A stretch of DNA of 64,000 nt from Octopus bimaculoides (GCF_001194135.2 NC_068981.1:189833806-189897805), one strand, 5' to 3'. Numbered from the stretch's first letter, positions 1 through 12,653 are shown. Numbers and translations: made by a program. The notes: generated from the sequence alone by a model not told the origin.

Positions 1-2244
1 ACAATCTGTTCAATTGTATATATTTCCTTTTTTACTGTCGACACACCTTTTATCTCGGTATATACAGTTAAGTTAGTAGCTTCTGAAGAGTTATCATGAC
101 ACTATATTGCCATAATAGGAACAGGCAAGCCAATATTCTATTTTGTTACCAGGGAATAAAACTACAGAGTTGTCTGTGAAATGTTGCTTGAAGACAATAT
201 TCATAATGATAAAAATAAAAATCTGAGCAAAATATTGGTTTAGTTATTTTTATTCTCTTGTTTTCAGTCATACAAAGAAATTATTTATTTTACTCAGTAA
301 CACATATATAAAGACACACACACACAAGTATACGCAAGTATGTATTTACAATTATGTTATAAAATTAGGTGTGCTGAGTTGGACAGCATCGGGACAGAAA
401 GGAGCAGTTAGCAGAAAAAGACTGCAAGGAAAAAGCTGCTTGCAGATTAACATTTGAAGGAAAATTTGAAAATGGAATTCTGAAAGGGCATTGTTCCAAG
501 GGAAGTAAATATGATAAAATTTTCAGGAGAAAGTGTCTCGGATAAATAAAATAATGGCTGAAAAGACGTGGTTCTTGTTTAACCTCAGATCTGCCCTGAT
601 GTAGAAGAATTACCATCAAAGACATACAACCTTGATCTTCTTGTCTTTTTTACTAGGTACAGTGTATCTAGGATCACATCATCCAATATTTCATTTTTTT
701 CTGAGATGATAGGAGGGAGATTTGTTGGTTGGTCTTCAGTGTTATACATCAGTTAAAGATACGCACACGCACACACACACACACACACACATTGTGCTTA
801 TGCACAATTCCTATCAAATTCCACTCATTAGGTATTGGTCAGCAGTGTCTTAAAGTGTGATTGAACCTGGGTCATCAAAACTTTTTTATCATGCAGCCAA
901 GCCCCCTCTCATATAATTTTTCTTTCTTTGTACATAAAACAACAAAACCATATGACTAAAATAGCTATATTGTCAGGAAAGAAGGAATAAAGTTATTCTT
1001 ATAGCTAGCTCTAGTTCATCAGACAAACATGAAGGTAGCTATTTAAATGCTGCTTGGGGATGTCAGACAAATTCAATATATCATTTATTTCTTAACTTTC
1101 CATTACTTTTGCCAAAATGCTAAAGCTACTCATTTCACCATCATTTCTGTGATAAAAGAGGCAATTTGACAGTAGCTGCATTTGAGTCCCAGATTGGAAA
1201 TCACAAAACTATTGCTACTACTGCTTCTAAAAATAAGTTAAACTCTGAAGTTAATGTTTTACTATTCTGTTAATGCTCCTGGATTGTGAAGTTGTAAGCA
1301 TTGGTTTTTGCACCCCAGGGCAATTGATAATCCATATCTAATTATAAAAACATTATTTCAAGGCAATACTTAATTCATTTGACAGGTACCAGAAAGGTTA
1401 ATGACCTTAAATTTTATCTCATCTCAAAATGACAATAATATTGTGACAGCTATTTCAGTTAACAAAATGAGAGCAGAGTGGGTGAGAGAGGTAAATTTAG
1501 TGATATATATATATGTGGAGACAGAAAAGAAGATCTTGAACAAGTGCCATTGGAATTATTTTCAAAATCTATATAAATAAAATCCATAGTGCATCATAGA
1601 AACCATGACTGCTGCTAAGCGAAGTTGGCATCTACTCATATTTTTTTTGGCTATTAACATAAAAATTAAATATTGTGATGGCAAACATCCATTGTTAGGG
1701 AAACAGTCAAATATCCTGTCAAACTGTGCTATAACACAGCATTAAATAAAAACAAGGAATGTTAAATTACAGTATTATAGGTCCAAAATTCACATTCCTG
1801 ACAACTTTAGACTGAAATATGAATTGCTCAATTTATAGAACTTTAACTCTGACAGAAATCCACTTGAATGGAAAAAATGAAAAGATCTTGTTTGCAGATA
1901 AACTAAACTGATATAAAGAAATCATAAAAAAAATTAAACTGGACTAAAAAATTTATAACTGTCATTCAAAAATAGCAGCATAATGCAGCAACATTAGGTT
2001 AAGGTATTAAGAAAATATTTTAACACATTTTTGTAAAGACAAAATTGAAGTTAACTGATTTCACATATTTGTGAAAAGAAAGGCCATTTTTCTTCAAAAA
2101 TTATTTATTTTCTCTTGTACACCTTAGAATATTACCCAAGCCTCCACCTTTAGCTAAACTCTGTTTTATACAATAGAATATATTTAATGAGAATGTTTTA
2201 AGAATGCTACACTAGTTTCTAGGTATTGATAATACCAGATTATA

Positions 2245-2585
2245 TTTTATTGTTTTCAATTATTTCACTCATTGAACTGCAGCCATGTTGGGTGGCTACC
2301 ACCTTAAAGAATTTAATCAAACAAACTAATCTATATTCTACAGGTCTCCTTTTCCACACTGCTAAGTCATGAGGACATAAACAAACCAGCACTGGTTGCC
2401 TAGCAGCGACAGAGGACATGGACACACACAACAGGCTTCTGTGCAGTTTCCATCTAGTAAATTCACTCATAAGACATTGGCTAACCAAGAGCTTTAATAG
2501 GAGACATTTGCTTAAGGTGCTGTGCTGTGAGACTGAACCTGAAATCATGTGGTTGAAAAGCAAGCTTCTTAGGTACAGGCATGGT
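2245..2585 (-). mobile_element. tRNA-derived SINE, family A (diverged copy)
   Basis: Reverse complement carries the A-family head (tggttgtgtggctg, ggttcagt B-box-like), the core ggcaagtgtct...gtgagtg...gaaactg and the 3' end cagcatggctgcagttcaatgagtgaaat shared with many other copies in the window. Confidence 0.75.
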
Positions 2586-2612
2586 TGTGTGGCTGTCAGA
2601 ACATTTTCTTAA

Positions 2613-2805
2613 CCCTTTAGCATTCAGATTATTCTATCAAATGCAATACTTATTTATTCACATAAATTTTGAATTAACCATGCATTATCTCATACTTTTG
2701 AGGTTTTGATGATGTGAGTGTTTAGTTTTGGAATGACACTGTAGGATTGGTGTGAGAGGCTAGATCTGGCCAATTTGAACATAAAATGGTTTAAATGCCA
2801 AAGGG
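2613..2805. mobile_element. piggyBac-type MITE (family 1)
   Basis: TTAA on both sides (2609-2612, 2806-2809); terminal inverted repeats ccctttagcatt / aatgccaaaggg with 1 mismatch in 12; no ORF. Confidence 0.8.
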
Positions 2806-3789
2806 TTAAATAATTTTAAAATATTGAAACTTTAGATTATATATTTTATATATTACACTGATATTATTTCTGAAATTTGTATTGAATCATTTCATGAGTA
2901 ATATTTATAAATGACATGTGAGTTGGTGGTGGTGGTGGTGGGGGTATTATTAAGAGATTATTATGAATAAAACAGGATGGAATAGTAAAAATAAGCAGGT
3001 AGTTTATAATAAGTAGAAAAAAAAACAGAAAGAAAGAAAATAGGTGAATATGACTGATTAATAATCACCTAAAATGTCTGCTGTAAGATGTATTTACTAC
3101 ATTACATAACTTAGGTGTATCAATATTGAAAGTTCTTGAGATATTTTCAGAAATAGTCTAATTTAATGACTAAAGATTATTCTAAAGTTAGAAATTCTTT
3201 AAACTTTGTGGTAAGACAGCTGAAGGCGAAACGAAAAACTAAGAATGTTGTCTGCATAATTGCTAAAATCACTCAACATGTTGATATTAATGACAGTTTT
3301 GAAACAAAAAAATAAAATAAAAGAAAGAAAAACTATTATCTTTATATTACTGTATACAAAATGTAAACAGTGAATATGTATTCTTATGGTTAATGTTTCC
3401 TTTCAAAAGTTTATATTATAATTCTTGAAACCAGAAACCTCTCCAAAACATTTATCTTGTCAATTTCAACATTAACAGCACCACTCACTTACCAACACCC
3501 AGCACTACTACAACTACTAAAAATTTAAACTTTTAGAAGCATTCCAGGAAGAACTAACAAAAAAGTGTATATAGTAAAAATTGCATCTAGATAACAACTG
3601 ACTTTAAAACAATAGATACTAGATTAAACTCCAGGATACAATATGTATATACTATCATTGGCAAATGTCAAATATTTTGCTGTTGTTGCACTATTTAATT
3701 TTATTTCCTAATTTTAAACTAACATGGTATGATAGATTTGTAGATTAGATAGAATGCATTATTCTACTGAGTTCAGAAATTAAAGGAAA

Positions 3790-4600
3790 GTGGAGGTGAC
3801 CCTATTTATTTTATGTTTTGGAAGCCCATCGAGAATAAGATTAATTTATCCATATCCTGCTATGCAAGTGAATTTATCTCATGTGACACAAACTTTCAGA
3901 GAGACAGAATTGCTCTTCCAGTTTATGCCACCAGACCTACAAGAAACTCAAGATGACTAAGAATGTTGCTTCTATAGGAAGATGCAAAAGCTCCTTAAAT
4001 GAGTTACATCATTCCTTTGAAATAGTCAAGTTTGTTTTAATTTCTTTTTTATATGATTAGCTTCTCTCCAAGTACAACGGTTTACATAATAAAAGCCTTT
4101 GTCCAAGAGTTATTAGCTGCCAGGATCAGGAATGTGCTCTACACTAGTTCTGAGCTACTTCTTTGTAGTTAAGCTGTTTATCAAAACTTTGGAGCCACTC
4201 TCTGAATAAGGTAAAATTCAGAATCCTAAGAAACTGATATAGGTCTTTGTCAGCAACTATTGTAATTTAGTGGGTTGTTGTGAGGCAATATGCACAGTTG
4301 CCATGGCAATAGCAGCCATTTCAGGTTACTGAGCATAAATGCGTAGATATTAGCTCACTAGCAGTTCATGTGCTCGTTAACAGGTTTTAATTAAAATTTG
4401 TGATCTAGTCTTGCATTGTGGAACCTTGTAGGAAGCTAGTCTAGACATTTCCTGACTTGGAGCAACGAGACTGAATGGCCATGTACAATCAGATCTAGTG
4501 AACAAATGTGACTTTTGAATGGTATTATAAGGGATATGAAAAGATGATTCATTTCGCATAGAAATCCATCCAAAATTATGAATTTGAACATTATCTCATA
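3790..4600 (-). pseudogene. Heavily decayed retroelement coding remnant, possibly DIRS-type RT/RNase H
   Basis: Frameshifted minus-strand peptides SSFHIPY...HLFTRSDCTWPFSLVAP and LYQFLRILNFTLFREWLQSFDKQLNYKEVAQN loosely recall the DIRS motifs DAYFHIPI / YQF..LPFGL..AP / I.FLG...DK...K..AQ; many stops; by-eye match only. Confidence 0.3.
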
Positions 4601-5302
4601 CTAGAATGGAAGCATATGAAAAATAAACAGCAACCTAATATAGCATTCCTTTCTCATGTTGATAGTAATTCACTTAACTGTTATTAGTTATCTTGCTAAT
4701 CAGTTTAATTAGCTTAGTTTCTTTCCTGAGGCATGTTTGTTCTTTTTGGTTTTACTTTCTTTGAATTACATCAGACTTTGCAGTGTTGATGAGCAACAAT
4801 AAAATAGGAGAGAGTGGATTTATTGCTGAATGGCTTTAATGATTTCTGCTTAGTAGGAAGAATATTACCAAGAAGAATATTTTATTGGCTAGAATTTCAG
4901 CAGCAGAAAGTGGGGAAAGAGAAATCTATATTGTTTTGAGAAAACAAACCTGCTGATCTAATGATTATTAAGAAAAGACAACATTTGGGCTTCAATTAAT
5001 CATATCATTTTCCTGATGTCTGCAACAGTTTAATGCAACAATCATTTAAAAATAAATAAATGAGAAAACTAAAAACAAAAGAGAGTAAAAATAGAACCAA
5101 TAAACGTAACAGAGTATCAATTATTTGTGGGCAGAAACATTAATTTAGTCAATGGCAGCAAAATAGCAGGAAAAAAGGATAATTAGATTAATTATAATGA
5201 AAATGAGGAGGAAAAATAGGGAAAGAGGATGAAAAGAGATGAAAGTTAATGAGAGTAAAAAATTAAAAAATATATAATAAAAACAACAACAAGAATAATA
5301 AT

Positions 5303-5488
5303 GATTTCTAATATTGGCACAAGATTACACATTTTGGTAGAAGGTATAGCCAATTATATCGACCCCAGTACTAGACTGGTATTTATTTTATTGATTCTAA
5401 ATAGAAAGTCAACCATGAAGAGATCTGAACTCAGAAGAGACATCCAATAGAATCTAGTGTCATACTGATTCTTCTACTCACTACTGTT
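5303..5488 (-). mobile_element. tRNA-derived SINE, family B (diverged)
   Basis: Contains atcgaccccagtact..ctggta..tattttattg..gaaagtcaacc..tgaactcagaa (reverse B core); (AAT)n on both flanks. Confidence 0.65.
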
Positions 5489-5574
5489 AATAATAATTGT
5501 AATAATTTCTAGCTTTAACACAAGGACTCAGACTCCAATATTTAATTTGGTTAATTTTATCAACTCCGCCCACT

Positions 5575-6415
5575 ATGTCAAAACAGTACCAATAATTTGT
5601 GCATTAGATACAATGAATTAAAACAAGAATTAAAAAAAAAAACATTGCAGTTCCACAACTTTACACAGACAACTGAAAGAAGCAACTTTACATAGCACAG
5701 GACACAGACTATTTTCAATTCAATAGTGATTCTAACAGCCAATACTCTACACAATCATCTCTTATACTGTAAAAGCTTTCTCATTAAATGTGAGCATCAC
5801 TGAAATGCTGCAACGATACTAAAACGAACACCACAACAGAATATTATATATAACACAAAAAAATTCCACACATGTTAGGGGCACTAGAAACAGCAAAATA
5901 CAAGACTGAAACTATTTGGCACCTTCAAAATATGTGGTAATTGATTTTGAAAAAAATAAAAGAGACATGCAGTGATATTCAGTAACAATCTGTAGAGAGC
6001 GTCCTGAGAAGAATGCTATAAATGTTTGGACGTACAATAAATTAAATAATATTCTAGACAGAAAGATAAAGACAAGCATGGCAGACACATATTTAACAAG
6101 GTTAAAATTGGTATTGAAGGGCAAGGTAGATTCCAGAAATTTAAAGACAGACACCAACAGCTAGGCCACAGCAACAATTTGCTGCAGTAATGTCATCCTT
6201 AATTGAACTAAGGAGATCAGAGAAGACATTGATAAAAATACCCACAACTTGAGAGAGTACAAAGCACAGCATCCATCAGAATGTGTGGTCCTCTTGTAAA
6301 TGTAATGAAAGAATGGAGGCTGAAAAGGAATCAGTGTTGAAGAATGTGCTGCAAATACAGATCATTAGATTGATACTTGGTCAGTAACAAAGAACTGCTC
6401 TTGTAGTATATCTAC
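5575..6415 (+). mobile_element. Dong/R4-clade non-LTR retrotransposon remnant (two pieces)
   Basis: About 6058-6275 translates RKIKTSMADTYLTRLKLVLKGKVDSRNLKTDTNS*ATATICCSNVILN*TKEIREDIDKNTHNLREYKAQHP, matching the post-RT R4/Dong pattern with both expected Trp codons turned into stops; 5575-5745 gives KTVPIICALDT...LKEATLHSTGHRLFSIQ*, resembling the C-terminal restriction-like endonuclease end. Confidence 0.65.
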
Positions 6416-6436
6416 AAAAATCAGTAACTTGCTTAA

Positions 6437-6691
6437 CCCATTACCTCCCATAATTCTATTAAGTGGAATTTTTTTTATGAAACTTTGATTTCTAGCATAA
6501 AACAGCCTTAGAAACATACTGGAATGATCAAAATAACATTTTAAATAGAAACAAGCGAGATATTGGGTGAAAAATTAGCAAACCTCATTTGAATATCAGA
6601 GAAATATACCTAGTAGATATAGCAAAAAGGTTAGATATGTGTAAATATTGACAGATAATTACGAAATTTGAGATCACTGGTAGGTAATGGG
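6437..6691. mobile_element. piggyBac-type MITE (family 2)
   Basis: TTAA at 6433-6436 and 6692-6695; terminal inverted repeats cccattacctccca / tggtaggtaatggg, 13 of 14 matching. Confidence 0.8.
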
Positions 6692-6775
6692 TTAAAGAGA
6701 GTATTGAGAACAACAACTCTGTAGTGCACCTGAGCACTGTATACAATAAGTTCATTATTATTATTGTTGTTATTA

Positions 6776-6988
6776 AAGTGGAGAGCTGGCAGAATCGTTA
6801 GCATGCCGGGCGAAATGCTAGGTGGCATTTCACCTGTCATTATGTTCTGAGTTCAAATTCTGCTGAGGTCAACTTTGCCTTTCATCTTTTCAGGGTCACT
6901 AAATTAAGTACCAGTTATGTACTGAGGTTGATGTAATCAATTATCTCCCTCCCCCAAATTTCTAGCCTTGTGCCTATAATAGAAAGGA
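6776..6988 (+). mobile_element. tRNA-derived SINE, family B
   Basis: Head gagctggcagaatcgttagcatgccgggcgaaatgct, B-box gagttcaaattc, core gcctttcatc..ggggtc..taaattaagtaccag; (TTA)n on both flanks. Confidence 0.85.
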
Positions 6989-7039
6989 TTATTATTATTT
7001 ACAAGGAAATGCATAAATATAAGCAAAAGAAATCAGATA

Positions 7040-7392
7040 TAATTGTGTGGTGAGGAGTTTGCTTCCCAACAACTTGGTTCTAGGTCCAGTCCCACTGTTT
7101 GGTTCCTTGGGCAAGTGTCTTCTACTATATCGCATTGGGCTGGCCAAGGTCTTGTGAGTGGATTTGGTAGACAGAAACTGAAAGAAGCCCACCGGGTGTG
7201 TTTGTTCCCCACAACTGCTTGACAACTGGTGTTGGTGTGTTTACATCCCCATAACAGTGGTTCAGCAAAAGAGACAAACAATAATACCAAGTTTTAAAAA
7301 ATAAGTACTGGGGTTGATTCATTCAACTAAAATACTTCAAGGCGGTGCTCCAGCATGGCCACAGTCTAATGACTGGAACAAGCAAAAGATAA
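7040..7392 (+). mobile_element. tRNA-derived SINE, family A
   Basis: Near full length: head, ccttgggcaagtgtcttctactata core, gaaactgaaagaagccc, 3' end ggcggtgctccagcatggccacagtctaatgactggaacaag. Confidence 0.85.
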
Positions 7393-8427
7393 ATGAAGGT
7401 TACGTAGTGAGACAGTGGAAACAGCAGTATATTATAAATGCCTGTAAAAACCTCCCAGAGAGAGAGAGATATGATAAAGATGACATGAGAAAGTGTGTTT
7501 ACATCTTGGCACCTGTTTGGTAAAACCACATGGTTTTATTGTCTGGGGAGAGCCATTCTCTTTTAGTGCCTTATGATTTAACACACTCACCAGTTTGATC
7601 TCCACTCATTTACTTATTTATTATTTATAGACCAGAAATAATACCAACTTATACTTGACAGAATGAACATGCACAAGGTTTGTGTGGATTTTAAAATACA
7701 AACAGATAAAGTAATAGAGCAACAGCAACCAGATGTTCTTGTGGCAGAGAAAGACATATGCAAATGTTACATTATTAATGAAGCTATATGAAACAACCAT
7801 AATATTGCTAGCAAAGAACACACAAAAAAAAAAAAATAATAATAATAATAAAACTGGTAAGTATTTGAAGCTCTGATTAGAAATCTCAGGAATGTGAAAC
7901 ATAAGAACTAAAGTAATGCTCTTAACTCTTCTGAAACTTGAAACACACGTGCTTTTTCAATTCCTTAGGAGCCCCTTGAGGTAGAATAGTTTGTTTTATG
8001 GGCAAATAAGTTACACCAAAATGAACAGAATTGTCATTGCAATAATTTTGAAATGGACATAAAACTATAAAAAGATGATAATTTCTTCATCACATTGTAT
8101 CAGATTGACAGTAACCTCTAAATGGGAGTGTGGTTTCTGCTTCCATCTAATAATCTGATGTGAAGGCCATAAATTACAGTTATCAATTTTTTCCCTGACA
8201 TGGTTGATGCATTCCACTCACTCTGAGGATTCCATATTTCCATTGAAGAATTTCAGGTAGAGTTGATTACTATCAATTAAACTTCCATAATATTTTTGAC
8301 AGATGACAAATTGTTTTTATTGTACAAAATCTGGAAGATACCTTAAAGAAATTCTTAAATGTTATTGGTCATAGATCTAGCAAACCAAAATCCTAAAATC
8401 TGTTGTTAAAACAGCATTAATAATAAT

Positions 8428-8818
8428 TATTTATACTATAGGCATGAGGTCTGAAATTTCAGGTGGTGAGGCATCTAATTGATTACATCAACCCTAATAC
8501 TTAACTGGTACTGTATTTTATCAACCCCAAATTTGAACTCAGAATGTAAAGGATGAAATGCCATGAAGCATTTTGCTAATGATTCTGCCAGCTTGCTGTC
8601 TTAATAATAATGATTTCAAATTTTGCCATAAGGGCAGCTTCAGAGAGGGGGTTAAGTTGATTACATCGACCCCAGAGCATAGATGGTTCTTATTTAATTG
8701 ACCTCGAAAGGATGAAAGGCAAAGTCAACCTTGATGGAATTTGAACTCATAACGTAGTGGCAGACGAAATACTGCTGAGCATTTTTCCTGGCACACTAAT
8801 GATTCTGCCGGCTTGCTA
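8428..8818 (-). mobile_element. Two tandem family B SINEs (about 8428-8602 and 8612-8818)
   Basis: Two reverse B cores separated by taataataat. Confidence 0.8.
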
Positions 8819-9160
8819 CATCATCATCGTTGTTTAACGTCCGCTTTCCATGCTAGCATGGGTTGGACGACTTGACTGAGGACTGGTGAAACCAGATGGC
8901 TACACCAGGTTCCAATCTGATTTGGCAGAGTTTCTACAGCTGGATGCCCTTCCTAATGCCAACCACTCCGAGAGTGTAGTGGGTGCTTTTATGTGCCACC
9001 AGCACGAAGGCCAGTCAGGCGGTACTGGCAACGGCCATGCTCAAAATGGTGTATTTTACGTGCCACCTGCACAGGAGCCAGTTCGGCAGTACTGGCAATG
9101 ATGTCGTTCGAATGTCTTTACACGTGCCATCTGGCACAAGTGCCAGGAAGGCGATGCTGG
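8819..9160 (-). mobile_element. RTE LINE 3'-UTR tail (family C)
   Basis: (cat)n-cgttgtttaacgtccgctttccatgctagcatggg...ggatgcccttcctaatgccaacc, colinear with the 3' UTR that follows the RTE ORF at 60911-61534. Confidence 0.85.
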
Positions 9161-9477
9161 GCCCTTTTGCCTTAATACTACTACTACTAATAATAATAAT
9201 GATAATGAAGGTTATACTAAGGGGTACCTCACATATTTTACATAAATTCATTTCCATACAAATGCAAACATTCAGTGTTATTTCAAATTCTATGAAGAGG
9301 TTTTTTGGGGTTTTTTTACACACAGGCATAAGTTTGTATTTCAAATGCATGGCATCTCATCTTTTTGCATCTTTAGATACAAGAACTTGTCCCTTGATAT
9401 CCCTGGTTGAAACTTGGGTTCAGCTTGTATAAATTAAAGCAAAGGCAAAACATTGTAAGCAAAAAGAGTAACAATAA

Positions 9478-10056
9478 TTGCTTCTGATTTAAGCAAAAGT
9501 TTAAAGAGTGTTGGTCAACACCATTGACCCTTTTGTGAGATTTGAACTGTAAATATGTAGAGCTGAAACAACCACAAAACATTTTATCTGATGTTCTAAT
9601 GATTCTGCCAATCCACCACACTAATAATAATGGTTTCAGATTAAGATATAAGACCAACAGTTTCGAGGGGAGGGGTTAGATGATACCAGTAGATGACTGG
9701 TACTTTATTTTGTCAACTGTGAAAGCCTGAAAGGCCAAGCTGACCTCAAAATCTATTTGAACCCACTAGAGCTGGAACAAATACCACATAGTCCAACATT
9801 ACAGTGATTCTATCAGTTGACTACCCTAATCATAATTCTTTCTATTATAAGTACAAGGCCTGAAAGTTTGAAGTGGAGGTGGGGGCCGGTGCTAGTCAAT
9901 TACATCACCCACAGCCTTCCAGCGCTCAACCGGTAATTAGTTTATTGACTTCAAAAGGATGAAAAGTAGAGTCAACCATGGCAGAATGATGCGAAGCTAG
10001 CAGAATGCCACTAAACGTTTCTCCCAGTGTACCAACAATTCTGCCAGCTCATTGAC
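9478..10056 (-). mobile_element. Three tandem family B SINEs (about 9478-9621, 9631-9826, 9836-10056)
   Basis: Repeated reverse B heads (gattctgcca..c) and cores separated by (aat)n linkers. Confidence 0.7.
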
Positions 10057-10060
10057 TAAT

Positions 10061-10460
10061 GATCATCATCATCATCATCATCGTTTAACGTCCGCTTTTC
10101 ATGCTAGCATGGGTTGGACGACTTGACTGAGGACTGGTGAAACCGGATGGCAACACCAGACTCCAATCTGATTTGGCAGAGTTTCTACAGCTGGATGCCC
10201 TTCCTAACGCCAACCACTCAGAGAGTGTAGTAGGTGCTTTTACGTGTCACCTGCACGAAGGCCAGTCAGGCGATACTGGCAACGGCCACGCTCGAAATGG
10301 TGTCTTTTATGTGCCACCCGCACAAGCCAGTCCAGGGGCACTGGCAACGATCTTGCTCGAAAATCCTACGGAAGCCAGTCAGGCGGTACTGGAAATGGCC
10401 ACGCTCAAAATGGTGCATCTTATGTGCCACCCGCACAAGAGCCAGTCCAGGGGCACTGGC
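10061..10460 (-). mobile_element. RTE 3'-UTR tail (family C) with about 3.5 internal tandem units
   Basis: Highly similar to 8819-9160; repeated gtgccacc..cac..gccagtc..ggc..tactggc..ggccacgctc.aaatggtg units. Confidence 0.85.
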
Positions 10461-10468
10461 AAATAATG

Positions 10469-10688
10469 GTTTCAAATTTTTGGTATAAGGCCAGCAAATT
10501 TTGAGGTGGGGTGGGGGGTAAGTTGACAACATCGACTCCTGGGATTAACTGGTACTTATTTTATCAACCTTGAAAGGATGAAAGCCAAAGTTAATCTTGG
10601 CAGAATTTGAACTCAAAACATGACATTGGACAAAATTCTGCTAAGCATTTCGTCTGGCATGCTTACAATTCTGCTAGCTTGCCGCCTT
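10469..10688 (-). mobile_element. tRNA-derived SINE, family B
   Basis: Complete reverse copy from tttcaaattttggtataaggccagc to gctagcttgccgcctt, followed by (aat)n. Confidence 0.8.
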
Positions 10689-11134
10689 AATAATAATAAC
10701 AACAGTAATTTCTATGATAATAACTGATAGTAACAGACTTGTCTTTAACTGCTTGCTATGTTTGTAGATGAGACACAACAGTTCCTATATTTATCCAAAA
10801 TCAGTCGGTAGGTTTTCAGTGAAGATAACAAAATTTCTTAAGAGAAAATTCAATAAATTTGATTCTTCTCAGATATAGACTCTAGGCTCCTGAGATTTTA
10901 AGAATTCAAGAGCAATAAATAATAAAATGAAAATTCAATGAATAATAAATACTTGGATATACAACTACTCACAACTGAATTTCTTATCAAAACTAAAACT
11001 TTACAACTCTTTTATGAAATTGAAATAATATATATAGATTTACTTCTTTCACAACATAGTTGAAGGCAAGTAGGGTAAAATTTTTTCCTCAAGATCATCA
11101 TCATCCTCATCTTACATTTATTTTTCTACAATTG

Positions 11135-11930
11135 CTTATTTTGGACAGGTATTCTTCAGCATAACATCTTAGCATTTGTTGAGGTACTTTCTTCAAGAGG
11201 TTTAGTCTGTTTAGATCTACCTCCACCACTTCTTCCTATGTCTTTTTCTGTTTTTCTCTTCAATAGGTTCATTCACAGCTAAATCTTCCTATACCCAATT
11301 TCTCTCTAAGTTAACTTTGTTTTTCATGAACAATAACATTACACATTCAGGAAAAACTAATTTCTCTTGATCACACATCCTCTACATTCATTATTCATAT
11401 TTTACAACCATACTCCTTACACAAGCATCATGCAATCTGTTTTCATTTGGAGAAATAATCACTGTTGTCAACAGACACAATTGCTCATTGAATTTATTCC
11501 ACCCATTCTTCTTCTGGTTCTTATGCTTTTTGAGTACCCATCTCCACTGCTGGTCAAGTCACCTAAGTAACAGTATCTATCACGTAGTTCTAGGAAAATG
11601 TCCTGGAATTTGAAAAAATTCATTCTATAGACTGCTCTTACTGGAAAATATTTTGCACATACAAATATGTAAAGAAATACCATTTTGTACCATTTAGTAA
11701 TATGTATAAGATCTTCCTTCTCCAGTCTGCCTGTGATCCCAGCGCTTCTCTTCTGCACTAACAATTTACACTGGGTCCATAATTTACAATTCCTATCTTC
11801 TCATCCTTTTCAACATATTGATCATGATCACTTCCTAGATGGTAGTAAAGTATTGTGTTCTTTCTTGCTAAACAAAACTATCTTTGTTAGTGTTATTTTA
11901 AGGCCTCTTGCATCCGAACTAATTCAATTT
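11135..11930 (-). mobile_element. Decayed RTE LINE ORF (RT C-terminal half, subfamily 1)
   Basis: Minus-strand peptides ...CKLLVQKRSAGITGRL..., YCYLGDLTSSGDGYSKSIRTRRRMG align by eye with the better-preserved copies at 28080-28770 and 39104-40357. Confidence 0.7.
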
Positions 11931-11959
11931 TAATATTATTACCTCTGTAACTGAAAATG

Positions 11960-12520
11960 TAATATGACTTTTCTTATTCAAGTATCTTTACGTCTCATTA
12001 TGATACCCTTAATACTGCAAATATCACACTTAAAAAAAACTTCTTATCCAAAAGTATCTTCAGATTTTAAGGTCTAAATTTCTGAGACATAAGTTGCAAT
12101 TGGATGATTAAAGACATTGTGTAGTCCAGCTTTGAGTGTTTAGTCAATATCTTCCCTGTTCCAGATTGGGTGTCTTAGTCCTCCAAATACGGTAGATTCT
12201 AGCATAGTCTATCTTTTCATATCTTCTGATCTATTAGTACTATATTGCAAGAAACACAAACTCTGTGCTATTTTCTGTCCCAAAACCATCCAGTATGACT
12301 ATTTCTTTGTTAGGTCACTGGATATTGCCCATCATATCATTTATCTTGCAGATTTCTGGAGTTTTTTTTCAACCTAATTTTTCAAATTATTTAGTGAATA
12401 TTTTTATTTTGTCAAAGATAGTGTATATTAGGGATGTGTTGTCTGCATATCTAATACCTGTGAAGTGGGCATCACTGAATGCCAGGTTTTTATCTATGCT
12501 TGGAGTAGCTGTGGTAGTAG
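11960..12520 (-). mobile_element. Decayed RTE LINE ORF (subfamily 2, RT motif 5 onward)
   Basis: GIRYADNTSL (YADD-like), STEFVFL, SEDMKR..STVFGGLRHPIWNREDI..LK..LHNVFNHPIATYVSEI*TLKSED matches the typical RTE post-RT pattern. Confidence 0.6.
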
Positions 12521-12653
12521 ACAGAAAATTTACATCAAATTCTTTAACAGTTACTTAAAGGTAATAAGTAGTGTCTCCTTCAATACTACAGATGAAACGT
12601 AACCATTTTCCAAATCTATGTCCCAAACTGAAGCTACAATGGCAAAGTGTCTT

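Noticed and set aside
365-720. Protein-like reading frames on both strands near the window start
   Set aside because: No recognisable domain, in-frame stops close by and no convincing splice-site pair.
8875-8900. ctgaggactggtgaaac in family C mimics a hammerhead core
   Set aside because: Only 5 nt between CUGAGGA and GAAAC, so no helix II, and no matching helix I.
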